This document shows positions 49,808 through 58,799 of a DNA stretch of 64,000 nucleotides, in pieces. The translations under genes were made by a program, and so were the position numbers. Position 1 is the first letter of the stretch. Every line of letters begins with the position of its first letter. The notes under the pieces were generated by a model. The model saw only the letters and a list, made by a program, of their open reading frames with translations, was not told the origin of the DNA and searched no databases. Source of the DNA: an uncultured Ignavibacteria bacterium (GTDB lineage: Bacteria; Bacteroidota; Ignavibacteria; Tepidaquicellales; Tepidaquicellaceae); NCBI GenBank assembly GCA_937924675.1, contig CALEVL010000173.1, positions 284-64,283 of the forward strand. Reading direction: 5' to 3'.

Positions 49808-52174
49808 TTACTGCCTTGCCATTGAAATCCGTATCAGCTCTTCAGGGTCAATCATGTGATCATGATTGTCATCGCCAATGTCAATTTGAACTAATTCAAT
49901 CCTGCCGGTAAACTTACTTGTCTGCGCAGTGTAATCCGGTGTAACAGTAGTGCCTGATTCATTCCCGATATCCGTGGTTTCATCTGCAGAAAAGATCATA
50001 GCGTGAGTCATATCAACGCGACCATTTCCTACCGGCTTACCATCATAAAACAGAACTACATTGCCGCCCTTGCCCAGGCCGCCACCGTCATACTCAAACT
50101 CCATCCTAAGCTGGTGCTTGCCTTTAGGAATTATCTCGTCGGCTTCAGTTGTGTACAAATGAATTCCAAGTACATTATATGCAAATTTCAACTTACCATC
50201 CTTTGTGTAAACACTCCAGCCCCCGAACCTTCCACCCTGAGCAATGATTACGCCATTTGCTGGTTTATCAAATATCTCTACTTCAGCGGTTACTGAGAAT
50301 GATTTGTTCTTAATGCTGACAACACTGTTTTCAGACAGTCTTCCCATGCCTTCGAAGAACAATTGAGTATTCCCTCTGATCAATGATGGACGTCCGGCTA
50401 TTTGAGGGTCGATTCTCTCTGTTTGTCTGTCATCAAGTGGAACGGCGTTATACTTAACTGCTTCAATTAACCACTGACGCTGCAATTTATGCAACATGTC
50501 CGGCATTTCCTTTGAGAGGTCATCCGCCTGTGACCAGTCTTTGCTGCCGTCATATAGTTCCCAAACGTCTTCATCAAACGGAACCATCTTTTGTCCGACC
50601 ATAATCCATGGAGTTCTGTGTTTAGTTACAGCACTCCATCCTTTGTAATAAATTCCGCGGTTGCCGAACATTTCAAAATATTGGACATCATGCTGTTCAG
50701 GTGCATTGGCATTACCGAATGAATATGCCATGCTAGTTCCTTCATAAGGACTTTGCATTACTCCGTTGACAAATGATGGCTCAGGTATACCTGCCACTTC
50801 AAGAATAGTTGGTGCAACGTCAATCACGTGACTGAACTGATTTCTTATCGCGCCTTTTTCTTTAGTCAATTTCGGATACCTGACAATTGTGCCGTTGCGG
50901 GTTCCGCCCCAATGTGATGCTACTTGCTTTGTCCATTGGTATGGAGTATCCATTGCCCAGGCCCAGCCAACCGCAAAGTGGTTGTAAGAATCAGGTGAGC
51001 CGAAGTCATCCATTTTGGACAGCATAAACTCCGGTGTCTCCAAAGCAGCCATACCGTTGAAGTTTGCCATTTCATTGAAAGCTCCATTCAATGTGCCCTC
51101 GGCGGATGCACCGTTATCTCCTACGATTATATAGACAAGCGTATCATCATAAATACCCAGCTTCTCGAGAGTCTCAATGATTCGTCCTATCTGATGATCA
51201 GTATGTTCCATGAATGCGGCATAGACTTCCATTTGTCTTTCAAGAACAGGTTTTAATTCATCTGGCATATCATCCCAGGCAGGAATTTCATCATGCCTCT
51301 TCGTCAATTTCGCAGTTTCCGGAATTACTCCAAGTTCTTTTTGTTTTGCAAAAGTTATCTCTCGCTGCTTATCCCATCCATGCGAAAATTTGCCTTTGTA
51401 TTTTTCAATCCACTCCTTTGGAACATGATGCGGTGCATGTGTTGCACCGGGAGCAAAGTACATGAAGAAGGGCTTGTCGGGAAACAGAGCCTTCTGCTGC
51501 TTGATCCAGGCAACGGCCTTATCGGCAAGATCTTCAGTAAGATGATATCCTTCTTCAGGAGTTGCAGGAGGTTCAACGGGTGTTGTACCCATGTACAATG
51601 CAGGATCCCATTGATTGTTCTCTCCTCCAATAAATCCGTAGAAATATTCAAACCCGCCTCCACCTGAAGGCCAGTGATCAAATGGTCCAAGCGGACTGGT
51701 TTCCCAAACAGGAACTTCATGACATTTGCCAAGCTGTGCTGTTGAGTAACCGTTGAGCTTCAGTGTCTCAGCAAGCGGTGCCTTGTTGTTTGTCCTGAGG
51801 GAATTCTGTCCCGGAGCAGAAGTCGCTGTCTCTGTTATATTGCCCATGCCAACCGAGTGATGATTCCTTCCGGTCAAAAGCGCCTGACGTGTTGGTGAGC
51901 AAAGTGCACAAGTATGAAATCTTGTGTACTTAAGTCCTTCTGATGCAACTTTTTCAAAATTAGGTGTATTGCATGGACCGCCAAAAGTACTTGATGAACC
52001 AAACCCAGCATCGTCCAGGAGTACTATCAGTACATTCGGAGATCCTTCCGGGGGACGAAGTTCGCGGATTGGAGGATACTTTGTATCGGGATCTTTTGCA
52101 TCATAGGTTGTAAGCCCAAATGGTGTTATGTCCGGGATCGGTAGAACTGATCGTTGAAGATCTTTAGAAGCCAT
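49808..52174 (-). CDS. Arylsulfatase (Cys-type, formylglycine-dependent, large AtsA-like form)
   Basis: 788 aa with LIVLLDDAGFG and the sulfatase signature CSPTRQALLTGRNHH. No obvious signal peptide. Confidence 0.9.
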   Translation of the reverse strand: MASKDLQRSVLPIPDITPFGLTTYDAKDPDTKYPPIRELRPPEGSPNVLIVLLDDAGFGSSSTFGGPCNTPNFEKVASEGLKYTRFHTCALCSPTRQALLTGRNHHSVGMGNITETATSAPGQNSLRTNNKAPLAETLKLNGYSTAQLGKCHEVPVWETSPLGPFDHWPSGGGGFEYFYGFIGGENNQWDPALYMGTTPVEPPATPEEGYHLTEDLADKAVAWIKQQKALFPDKPFFMYFAPGATHAPHHVPKEWIEKYKGKFSHGWDKQREITFAKQKELGVIPETAKLTKRHDEIPAWDDMPDELKPVLERQMEVYAAFMEHTDHQIGRIIETLEKLGIYDDTLVYIIVGDNGASAEGTLNGAFNEMANFNGMAALETPEFMLSKMDDFGSPDSYNHFAVGWAWAMDTPYQWTKQVASHWGGTRNGTIVRYPKLTKEKGAIRNQFSHVIDVAPTILEVAGIPEPSFVNGVMQSPYEGTSMAYSFGNANAPEQHDVQYFEMFGNRGIYYKGWSAVTKHRTPWIMVGQKMVPFDEDVWELYDGSKDWSQADDLSKEMPDMLHKLQRQWLIEAVKYNAVPLDDRQTERIDPQIAGRPSLIRGNTQLFFEGMGRLSENSVVSIKNKSFSVTAEVEIFDKPANGVIIAQGGRFGGWSVYTKDGKLKFAYNVLGIHLYTTEADEIIPKGKHQLRMEFEYDGGGLGKGGNVVLFYDGKPVGNGRVDMTHAMIFSADETTDIGNESGTTVTPDYTAQTSKFTGRIELVQIDIGDDNHDHMIDPEELIRISMARQ

Positions 52175-52404
52175 ATTAATCAGATTTTTGAGTTTTGCAT
52201 TATTCAGTCTGTATAAAAATATTTCAAAAGATGCTTAATAACTATGAATTTCGTTTATTACGACAAACTTTTCAGTTAAGAATTCCATACGAGCACAAAG
52301 ACAGTTTTGTTAGAATACTAATTGCTTAGTATACTCTGAGATTATTAATGCCACCTGCCGGAATAAATCTCCTTCAACTCCAACCAATCAAAATTTCAAA
52401 GCAA

Positions 52405-55400
52405 TCATTTAGCCGGATTCTGCGCCGGAGTTATTGATGTCTTCACCTCACCATCTGCTTTATTCTCTTCCGCAAGTGATTCATATATCTTCCATTGGCT
52501 GTTCACTGCTGCCTGAGCTCTTTTCATGAGATCCTTTGCATGCTCGGGCATGAGCAATGAAAGCATTTTGTACCTGTTCTCTTTGTATGCATAATCCTCG
52601 AATTTGATCTTCGCCGCACCTGAATCTAACTTCAGCGGGTTCATTCCTTTCTCAGCATTTCTCGGATCATATCTGTACAACGTCCAGTATGCGCTGTCAA
52701 CTGCCGCTTTCTGATTATCAATTGCTTTGCTCATGTTGATGCCGTGAGCAATGCAATGCGAGTATGCTATTATCAGCGAAGGTCCGTCGTAAGATTCTGC
52801 TTCAAGAAATGCGCGCAATGTCTGAGTATCGTTGGCGCCCATTGCTACTTTCGCAACATAAACATTTCCGTAATTCATCGCCATCATTCCAAGATCTTTC
52901 TTAGGAGTTGCTTTGCCTGCCGCGGCAAACTTTGCCACAGCGCCAAGTCCGGTTGACTTCGACATCTGTCCGCCGGTATTGGAATAAACCTCTGTATCAA
53001 GAACAAGTATGTTAACATTCCTGCCGGTTGACATCACATGATCCAATCCGCCGAATCCTATATCATAAGCCCATCCATCTCCGCCGATTATCCATACGGA
53101 TTTCTTAACAAGATAATCTGCAAGACTTAACAAGTCTTTTGCTTTTGGAGAATTTATCGGAGTAAGTTTTTCTTTCAGATGCTTTACTCTTTCTCTTTGT
53201 TCATGAATTCCGGTTTCATCGGATTGATCAGCATTCAGTATCTCATTTACTAACGTCTCACCAATGTCTGTGGAAAGTTGTGTCAGTAGTTCTCTAGCAT
53301 ATTCATTGTGCTTGTCAACAGATAATCTCATCCCAAGCCCGAACTCGCCGTTGTCTTCAAACAGTGAGTTAGACCAGGAAGGACCGCGCCCTTCCTTGTT
53401 CAAAGCCCATGGAGTTGTAGGAAGATTGCCACCGTAAATTGAAGAACAACCTGTAGCGTTTGCGATCATAGCCCTGTCACCAAACAATTGTGAAACCAGC
53501 TTCACATACGGAGTTTCACCGCATCCGGAACAAGCTCCTGAGAATTCAAATAGCGGCTGCAGCAGCTGGCTTCCTTTTACTGTACTGACATGCGCCTTTG
53601 TTCTGTCAATGTCAGGAAGTGACAGGAAGTAATCCCAGTTTTCGCGTTCGGGAACTCTGAGCGGAATCTGAGGAGCCATGTTAAGGGCCTTGAGCTTAAC
53701 TTCTTTCTTATTTTTTACGGGACAAATTTCAACGCATAGTCCACAACCTGTGCAATCTTCAGCAGCAACCTGAATCGAGTAAGCTGTTCCTTCTTCATAA
53801 TCCATTCCTTTAGCTTTCATGTGCTTGAATGTGGATGGAGAAGATTCAAGAAGTGATTCGTCGTATGCTTTGATCCTGATAGTTGCATGTGGGCAGATCA
53901 TCGCACACTTACCGCACTGAATGCAGATGCTCTCATCCCATACAGGCACTTCGAGTGCAATGTTTCTTTTTTCCCACTGCGCAGTTGCAGAAGGGAATGT
54001 GCCGTCAATCGGCATTTGACTCACAGGAACTTCGTCACCAAGACCTTCGATGATTTTCGAAAGAGTCGTTCGCACAAAGTCAGGTGCGTTTGGTGATACA
54101 AGCGGCGCAAGTTCGATGTCGCTGATCTTTGCAGAGGTGAGATCTATCTTGTGAAGATTCTCGAGAGTTTTGTCAACTGCTTCGAAATTCTTTTTCACAA
54201 TTTCTTCACCCTTTGAACCGTAAGTCTTCTTAATAGATTTTCTGATCTCCTCGATTGCTTCATCTTTAGGAAGCACACCGGAAATAGCAAAGAAACATGT
54301 TTGCATGATAGTGTTTACACGGGAGCCCATGCCTGCTTCTTTAGCTACCTTGTATCCGTCAATCACATAGAACTCCAGTTTCTTGTCAATGATCTGTTGG
54401 CAGACCTTGGCAGGAAGTTTCGAGAAAGTCTCTTCTTTACTATAAGGTGAATTGAGAAGGAAAACTCCACCGTCGCGGATGTTACGCATCACATCAAACT
54501 TCTCCATCAGATTGAACTGATGGCATGCAACAAAATCCGCAACCTGCACAAGGTAAGTTGACTTGATCGGTTTCTTTCCGAAACGCAGGTGTGAAATTGT
54601 AGTAGAACCTGACTTCTTCGAATCGTATTCAAAATATCCCTGAGCATAGTTGTCAGTTTCTTCGCCAATGATCTTTATAGAATTCTTATTTGCTCCAACA
54701 GTTCCGTCGCTTCCGAGACCGTAAAATAATCCGCAGAAAGTACTTTCATCATGAATGCGGAATGACTTATCAAATTCAAGACTCGTAAATGTTACATCGT
54801 CATTGATACCAATCGTGAAATGATTCTTCGGCGAATCTTTTTTCAACTCATCATACACTGCCTTCACCATCGCAGGCGTAAATTCTTTTGACGACAAACC
54901 GAATCTTCCGCCGATAATCTTAGGCATTGATTTGAACGGCGTCTTGCCTTCGGAGAATGATTCATTGATTGCAGTCACAACGTCAAGATACAACGGCTCG
55001 CCCATACTGCCCGGCTCCTTTGTCCTGTCGAGTACTGCAATTCTCTTCACTGTAGAAGGGAAAGCATTTACAAAATGTTCCATCGAGAACGGTCTGAACA
55101 ATCGGATCTTCAGGAGTCCGATCTTTTCTTGTTTCGGGAGAAGATGATCAATGGTCTCTTCAGCAGTTTCAGCGCCGGAGCCCATCATTACAATTACTCT
55201 GTCGGCATCCGGAGCACCGTAGTATTCAAATAACTTGTATTGTCTTCCCGTGATCTCATTGAACTTGTCCATTGCATTCTGTACGATTTCCGGGCACTGC
55301 AGATAGAACTTGTTTACAGTTTCTCTACCCTGAAAATACACATCGGGATTCTGAGCAGTTCCTCTGATGAATGGATTGTCCGGCGTAAGGCCACGAGCCC

Positions 55401-56010
55401 TGTGTTCCTTGACTTTGTCATCATCAATCATCGCTTCAATATCTTCGATGTTCAGCTGTTCTATCTTCACAACTTCGTGAGAAGTTCTGAACCCGTCGAA
55501 GAAGTGCATGAAAGGAATCCTGCTTTCGAGAGTAGCACGTTGTGAGATCAGTGCAAAGTCCATTACTTCCTGCACGTTGTTAGAGCATAACATTGCAAAT
55601 CCGGTTTGCCTTGTTGCCATCACATCGCTGTGATCGCCGAATATTGACAACGCCTGTGCCGAAAGTGATCTTGCGGTTACATGAAAGACTGTTGATGTAA
55701 GTTCACCGGCAATTTTGTACATGTTCGGTATCATAAGCAAGAGGCCTTGCGATGCCGTGAAAGTTGTGGTAAGCGAACCGCTTTGCAAAGCACCGTGAAC
55801 CGCACCGGCCGCGCCGCCTTCACTTTGCATTTCTATTACTGAAGGGACTGTGCCCCATATATTTTTTTGACCAACGGATGACCATGAGTCTGATAGCTCT
55901 CCCATAGGTGAAGAGGGAGTGATCGGATAGATAGCAATAACTTCGTTTACTTTGTGAGCAACATAGGCGGCAGCTTCATTGCCATCGATCGTAACATTCT
56001 TTCTGGACAT
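52405..56010 (-). CDS. nifJ: Pyruvate:ferredoxin (flavodoxin) oxidoreductase
   Basis: About 1200 aa from the ATG at 56010 (MSRKNVTIDGNEAAAYVAH). Ferredoxin-domain motifs CIQCGKCAMICPHA and CTGCGLCVEICP. TPP motif GGDGWAYDIGFGGLDH. Confidence 0.97.
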   Translation of the reverse strand: MSRKNVTIDGNEAAAYVAHKVNEVIAIYPITPSSPMGELSDSWSSVGQKNIWGTVPSVIEMQSEGGAAGAVHGALQSGSLTTTFTASQGLLLMIPNMYKIAGELTSTVFHVTARSLSAQALSIFGDHSDVMATRQTGFAMLCSNNVQEVMDFALISQRATLESRIPFMHFFDGFRTSHEVVKIEQLNIEDIEAMIDDDKVKEHRARGLTPDNPFIRGTAQNPDVYFQGRETVNKFYLQCPEIVQNAMDKFNEITGRQYKLFEYYGAPDADRVIVMMGSGAETAEETIDHLLPKQEKIGLLKIRLFRPFSMEHFVNAFPSTVKRIAVLDRTKEPGSMGEPLYLDVVTAINESFSEGKTPFKSMPKIIGGRFGLSSKEFTPAMVKAVYDELKKDSPKNHFTIGINDDVTFTSLEFDKSFRIHDESTFCGLFYGLGSDGTVGANKNSIKIIGEETDNYAQGYFEYDSKKSGSTTISHLRFGKKPIKSTYLVQVADFVACHQFNLMEKFDVMRNIRDGGVFLLNSPYSKEETFSKLPAKVCQQIIDKKLEFYVIDGYKVAKEAGMGSRVNTIMQTCFFAISGVLPKDEAIEEIRKSIKKTYGSKGEEIVKKNFEAVDKTLENLHKIDLTSAKISDIELAPLVSPNAPDFVRTTLSKIIEGLGDEVPVSQMPIDGTFPSATAQWEKRNIALEVPVWDESICIQCGKCAMICPHATIRIKAYDESLLESSPSTFKHMKAKGMDYEEGTAYSIQVAAEDCTGCGLCVEICPVKNKKEVKLKALNMAPQIPLRVPERENWDYFLSLPDIDRTKAHVSTVKGSQLLQPLFEFSGACSGCGETPYVKLVSQLFGDRAMIANATGCSSIYGGNLPTTPWALNKEGRGPSWSNSLFEDNGEFGLGMRLSVDKHNEYARELLTQLSTDIGETLVNEILNADQSDETGIHEQRERVKHLKEKLTPINSPKAKDLLSLADYLVKKSVWIIGGDGWAYDIGFGGLDHVMSTGRNVNILVLDTEVYSNTGGQMSKSTGLGAVAKFAAAGKATPKKDLGMMAMNYGNVYVAKVAMGANDTQTLRAFLEAESYDGPSLIIAYSHCIAHGINMSKAIDNQKAAVDSAYWTLYRYDPRNAEKGMNPLKLDSGAAKIKFEDYAYKENRYKMLSLLMPEHAKDLMKRAQAAVNSQWKIYESLAEENKADGEVKTSITPAQNPAK

Positions 56011-56482
56011 TACAGTATAACTCCTGTGATATGTTTTAGAAGTGAATTCAGTTTCGAATCGTACCTGTAAAAATGCCATAATACATTAACTATTTCTATA
56101 CCAAATTTAAAATCAGACTAAACTTGTCGGAAATCCTTACTTAGATCTGAATTATGTTCGGTGTCGAGAGGACTTCTTCCGTTGATGGTAAATCTTAATA
56201 GAAAAGCAACGAAGGAAAGGGAGTATCTGCTGACTGTCTTTATATTTGTACCTTCGGTAGAGTGTCAGTTATAGAGGTTCATAGGTGGAAGAGTCATCAA
56301 AGCAGCAGTTATTGTATAACAAAGAATTACAATGAAACCATATCACTCAAGTTCTACTACTCTGCTTGAATGTGTACCCCTACAAAAATAGAAATACTGT
56401 CCCTATACATTTAACAACCGGCTATGTGCATTTTTGCTGTAACTGAACAATGAAGTTCAGCATAAGAAAAAGGAGAACAGAA

Positions 56483-56947
56483 ATGAAAAACTCAGTAAGA
56501 AACACAACAGCAGTAATAGCATTAATCTTCGCTTCACTTCTGATCAACGGCTGTTCTGACAGTAATAGTCTGGTAAACGGAAACACTGCACCTGAAACAA
56601 AGGAAGCCGCTCGAACTCTTGATTTCAAAGAATACACGTTTGAGCTTGGACTGGACATACTTCCGTTTGGGGAAGCAACCGTTTCAGCAGAAGAATTAGG
56701 TGTGGTTTATTTCACATCGCTTGAACTGATATCTGCATCCGGATTTGAAACATCTGATGCAATGGACTTCTGCAAAAATGTTACCATTGAATCAGACATC
56801 TCAGCTGATATTGAATACAGGAATTGCACAACAGGTGAAATCAAAGCAAATAATTTCAAGATCAGAAATGAAGGAAAGAAAAGACTCTATCTGATAGCTT
56901 TGGTAAAATGCAAATCGCTCTATGGAATGATCGGAGATGCGAAGTAG
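56483..56947 (+). CDS. Small lipoprotein, paralog 1 of a Cys-X17-Cys family (unknown function)
   Basis: ATG at 56483 preceded by AAAAGGAGAA. Signal peptide with lipobox LINGC. 40/90 identities with paralog 2 in an ungapped hand alignment. The ORF track opens at 56450. Confidence 0.7.
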   Translation: MKNSVRNTTAVIALIFASLLINGCSDSNSLVNGNTAPETKEAARTLDFKEYTFELGLDILPFGEATVSAEELGVVYFTSLELISASGFETSDAMDFCKNVTIESDISADIEYRNCTTGEIKANNFKIRNEGKKRLYLIALVKCKSLYGMIGDAK

Positions 56948-57058
56948 CATTTCAGTAGTCCCGTGGATTCTGCAGATAGAACGGAATTCACGGGCATCTG
57001 TGAAATGCAACAGATGCTAAGTTCATAATAAAAAACATCAAACAGAAAGGAGAATAAA

Positions 57059-57550
57059 TTGAAAAGGCAAATCAATAACGCGGCAATACAAATTGTAATA
57101 CTCTTGATATCGATTGTTCTTGTAGGATGCTCAGATTCACCAACACCAATCCAGAGTGCAAAAATAACAGGGAATGCTGAAGGGATAAGTATCCCTGACA
57201 GCAAAGAATCGACAATTGACATTTATCTGGACATGCTTCCATTCGGAGAGGCGACATATTTTTCTGAAGAACTCGGAATGGCACATATAACCTCAGCAGA
57301 ACTTTTGCGCACTCCGGATTACATTGGAAATGACGATGTTGATTTTTGCAACACATTAGTGATTGAAACAGATTTTCCGGGCGATACGGAGTCAGCTGAT
57401 TGCAGTATCCAAGAAATCAAAGCTTCTTGGATCAATGTAAAAAATACAGGAAAGAAAAGAATTAAGCTGATTGCCCATATCAAAGGCGAAACGTATTCCG
57501 GAGATCCGGAATCTTTAGCAACTGAACGACAGACGATTGGAATGCCATAA
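57059..57550 (+). CDS. Small lipoprotein, paralog 2 of a Cys-X17-Cys family (unknown function)
   Basis: TTG start preceded by AAACAGAAAGGAGAATAAA. Lipobox LVGC. Shares LDMLPFGEAT, DFC...C, EIKA and NTGKKRIKLIA with paralog 1. Confidence 0.7.
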   Translation: MKRQINNAAIQIVILLISIVLVGCSDSPTPIQSAKITGNAEGISIPDSKESTIDIYLDMLPFGEATYFSEELGMAHITSAELLRTPDYIGNDDVDFCNTLVIETDFPGDTESADCSIQEIKASWINVKNTGKKRIKLIAHIKGETYSGDPESLATERQTIGMP

Positions 57551-57630
57551 TTATAACATGCATTCGATCAGTCAAAGAAAAGTTAAATCAATTCCAAAAA
57601 AATAAACACTAAACAGAAAGGAGAATAGAA

Positions 57631-58113
57631 ATGACAACGTCAAAAAAAAATCTGGGTCTCTTACTCATTGCAGTAATAGTTGCAATAAATGTCACGGCAT
57701 GCAACCAAGATCCTGTCGGTAACATGAACTCTGAAGGCAAAAGCTTCGAAACATCAGGACTTGCAACTGTCAAAGATCAAGGCAAGAAAGTGCTGAATCT
57801 TGAATCGTTTCTGAATCCGGGTGAGAAGTGGAAAATTAGCACCGGTGAATACGATAGGGAAGGGGTTGATGCATTTGTCTCAATAAATATTGAAGCCGTT
57901 GATCCGAGAGTTCCGGTTTACCAGTCTGCTGATAAATGCAGAGAAATAGCCATTTATATTCAGGGTACAGACGCAGCTTCGAACCGAAAATGCGGAGCAG
58001 ATAACTTCAAGGCAAACGAGATCGTTCTTGAGAACATGTCAGAGTCAGGGTTATACGTAAGCGCTGTTATTGTCGGTGTTGAAATTTCGGGTAGCAACAA
58101 TTCGAAAAAGTAA
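57631..58113 (+). CDS. Small lipoprotein, divergent paralog 3 of a Cys-X17-Cys family (unknown function)
   Basis: ATG preceded by AAACAGAAAGGAGAATAGAA. Lipobox VTAC. Keeps the Cys-X17-Cys pair and a similar length. Confidence 0.65.
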   Translation: MTTSKKNLGLLLIAVIVAINVTACNQDPVGNMNSEGKSFETSGLATVKDQGKKVLNLESFLNPGEKWKISTGEYDREGVDAFVSINIEAVDPRVPVYQSADKCREIAIYIQGTDAASNRKCGADNFKANEIVLENMSESGLYVSAVIVGVEISGSNNSKK

Positions 58114-58130
58114 AGTGGCTTGTGGGATAG

Positions 58131-58170
58131 AGCCCGGCGGATTAAGTTCTGCCGGGCCTTTCTTGTTTGT
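58131..58170 (+). terminator. Rho-independent terminator after the lipoprotein triplet
   Basis: Stem GCCCGGC (58132-58138) / GCCGGGC (58151-58157), followed by CTTTCTTGTTTG. Confidence 0.75.
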
Positions 58171-58306
58171 TGGCAATGCTTCGTGCTGTGTGAGGAAACT
58201 ATCAAGGCATATAATTGGACTCACAATGAGGACAAATCTCTAATAACATCAAATCTAAGACACTTTGCAACTGGCTTGAAGCTTGTTGAATGTCAAACAA
58301 TTCAAA

Positions 58307-58335
58307 TTGTAATTCCAAATCATTGAGTGTATATT
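58307..58335 (+). promoter_or_regulatory. Candidate promoter for the riboswitch-metH transcript
   Basis: TTGTAA (58307-58312), a 17-nt spacer, TATATT (58330-58335). About 25 nt upstream of the riboswitch P1 stem. Confidence 0.35.
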
Positions 58336-58359
58336 TGCACTCAAGCGTTCTTACAAGTT

Positions 58360-58480
58360 CTGACTTATGGAGAAAGGTGGAGGGATTAGGCCCTGCGAAA
58401 CCTTGGCAACCGACCTGAATAACAATTCAGCGAAAGGTGCTAATTCCTATCTCTGAGCAATCAGAGAAGAGATGAGTTGG
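58360..58480 (+). promoter_or_regulatory. SAM-I (S-box) riboswitch aptamer
   Basis: Matches the S-box consensus: CTTATgGAGAaAGGTGGAGGGAttaGGCCCtgcGAAACCttGGCAACC ... AAGGTGCTAATTCC ... AGAGATGAG. P1 is GACTTAT (58362-58368) / ATGAGTT (58472-58478). Confidence 0.9.
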
Positions 58481-58520
58481 AAGATTAAATATTGCTTCGG
58501 CACAAACAACAAAGAATATT

Positions 58521-58558
58521 AAATCTCTTCCGGCTTTTGTGAAGAGATTTTTTTTTTG
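58521..58558 (+). terminator. Riboswitch expression-platform terminator
   Basis: 10-bp stem AAATCTCTTC (58521-58530) / GAAGAGATTT (58541-58550), followed by a T run. GAAGAGAT at 58467-58474 (P1 3' side) duplicates the terminator 3' arm, so it could pair with 58523-58530 as an antiterminator. Confidence 0.85.
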
Positions 58559-58799
58559 TGGAGATTCATGCTGAGCCAGTCGAAGCATGATATCTTGAAA
58601 CAGAACAAACTTTTGCAGTAGCGTCACACTTCGACAGGCTCAGGGTGACTCAAATTTGCTGATTGCGGTCCCGTAACTGATTGTAATTCGGTTCAGTGCA
58701 TCGTGATTTTGATTTCTTGCAATCAATAAAATTTATCAAAGGCGGAACAGCAATGTTTAATTGCAAATTGTAATGAGAAGTTTAAACTTAAAGAAATAA

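Noticed and set aside
56011-56079. A 23-codon N-terminal extension of the PFOR ORF. There is also a 36-codon extension of the OMP ORF at 49661-49768.
   Set aside because: The canonical PFOR N-terminus (MSRKNVTIDGNEAAAYVAH) begins at the internal ATG at 56010. The OMP signal peptide begins at the ATG at 49660. The extensions have no protein-like features.
58120-58326. A 68-aa plus-strand ORF between the lipoprotein triplet and the riboswitch. Also the 66-aa minus-strand ORF at 58427-58627.
   Set aside because: The first spans the terminator hairpin and the candidate promoter. The second is antisense to the riboswitch and its terminator. Neither has an SD or any protein-like features.
58360-58480. 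A cobalamin riboswitch, as expected upstream of B12-dependent metH.
   Set aside because: The sequence has the SAM-I core (GGTGGAGGGA...GGCAACC...AAGGTGCTAA). It lacks anything resembling a B12 box, so it is called SAM-I instead.
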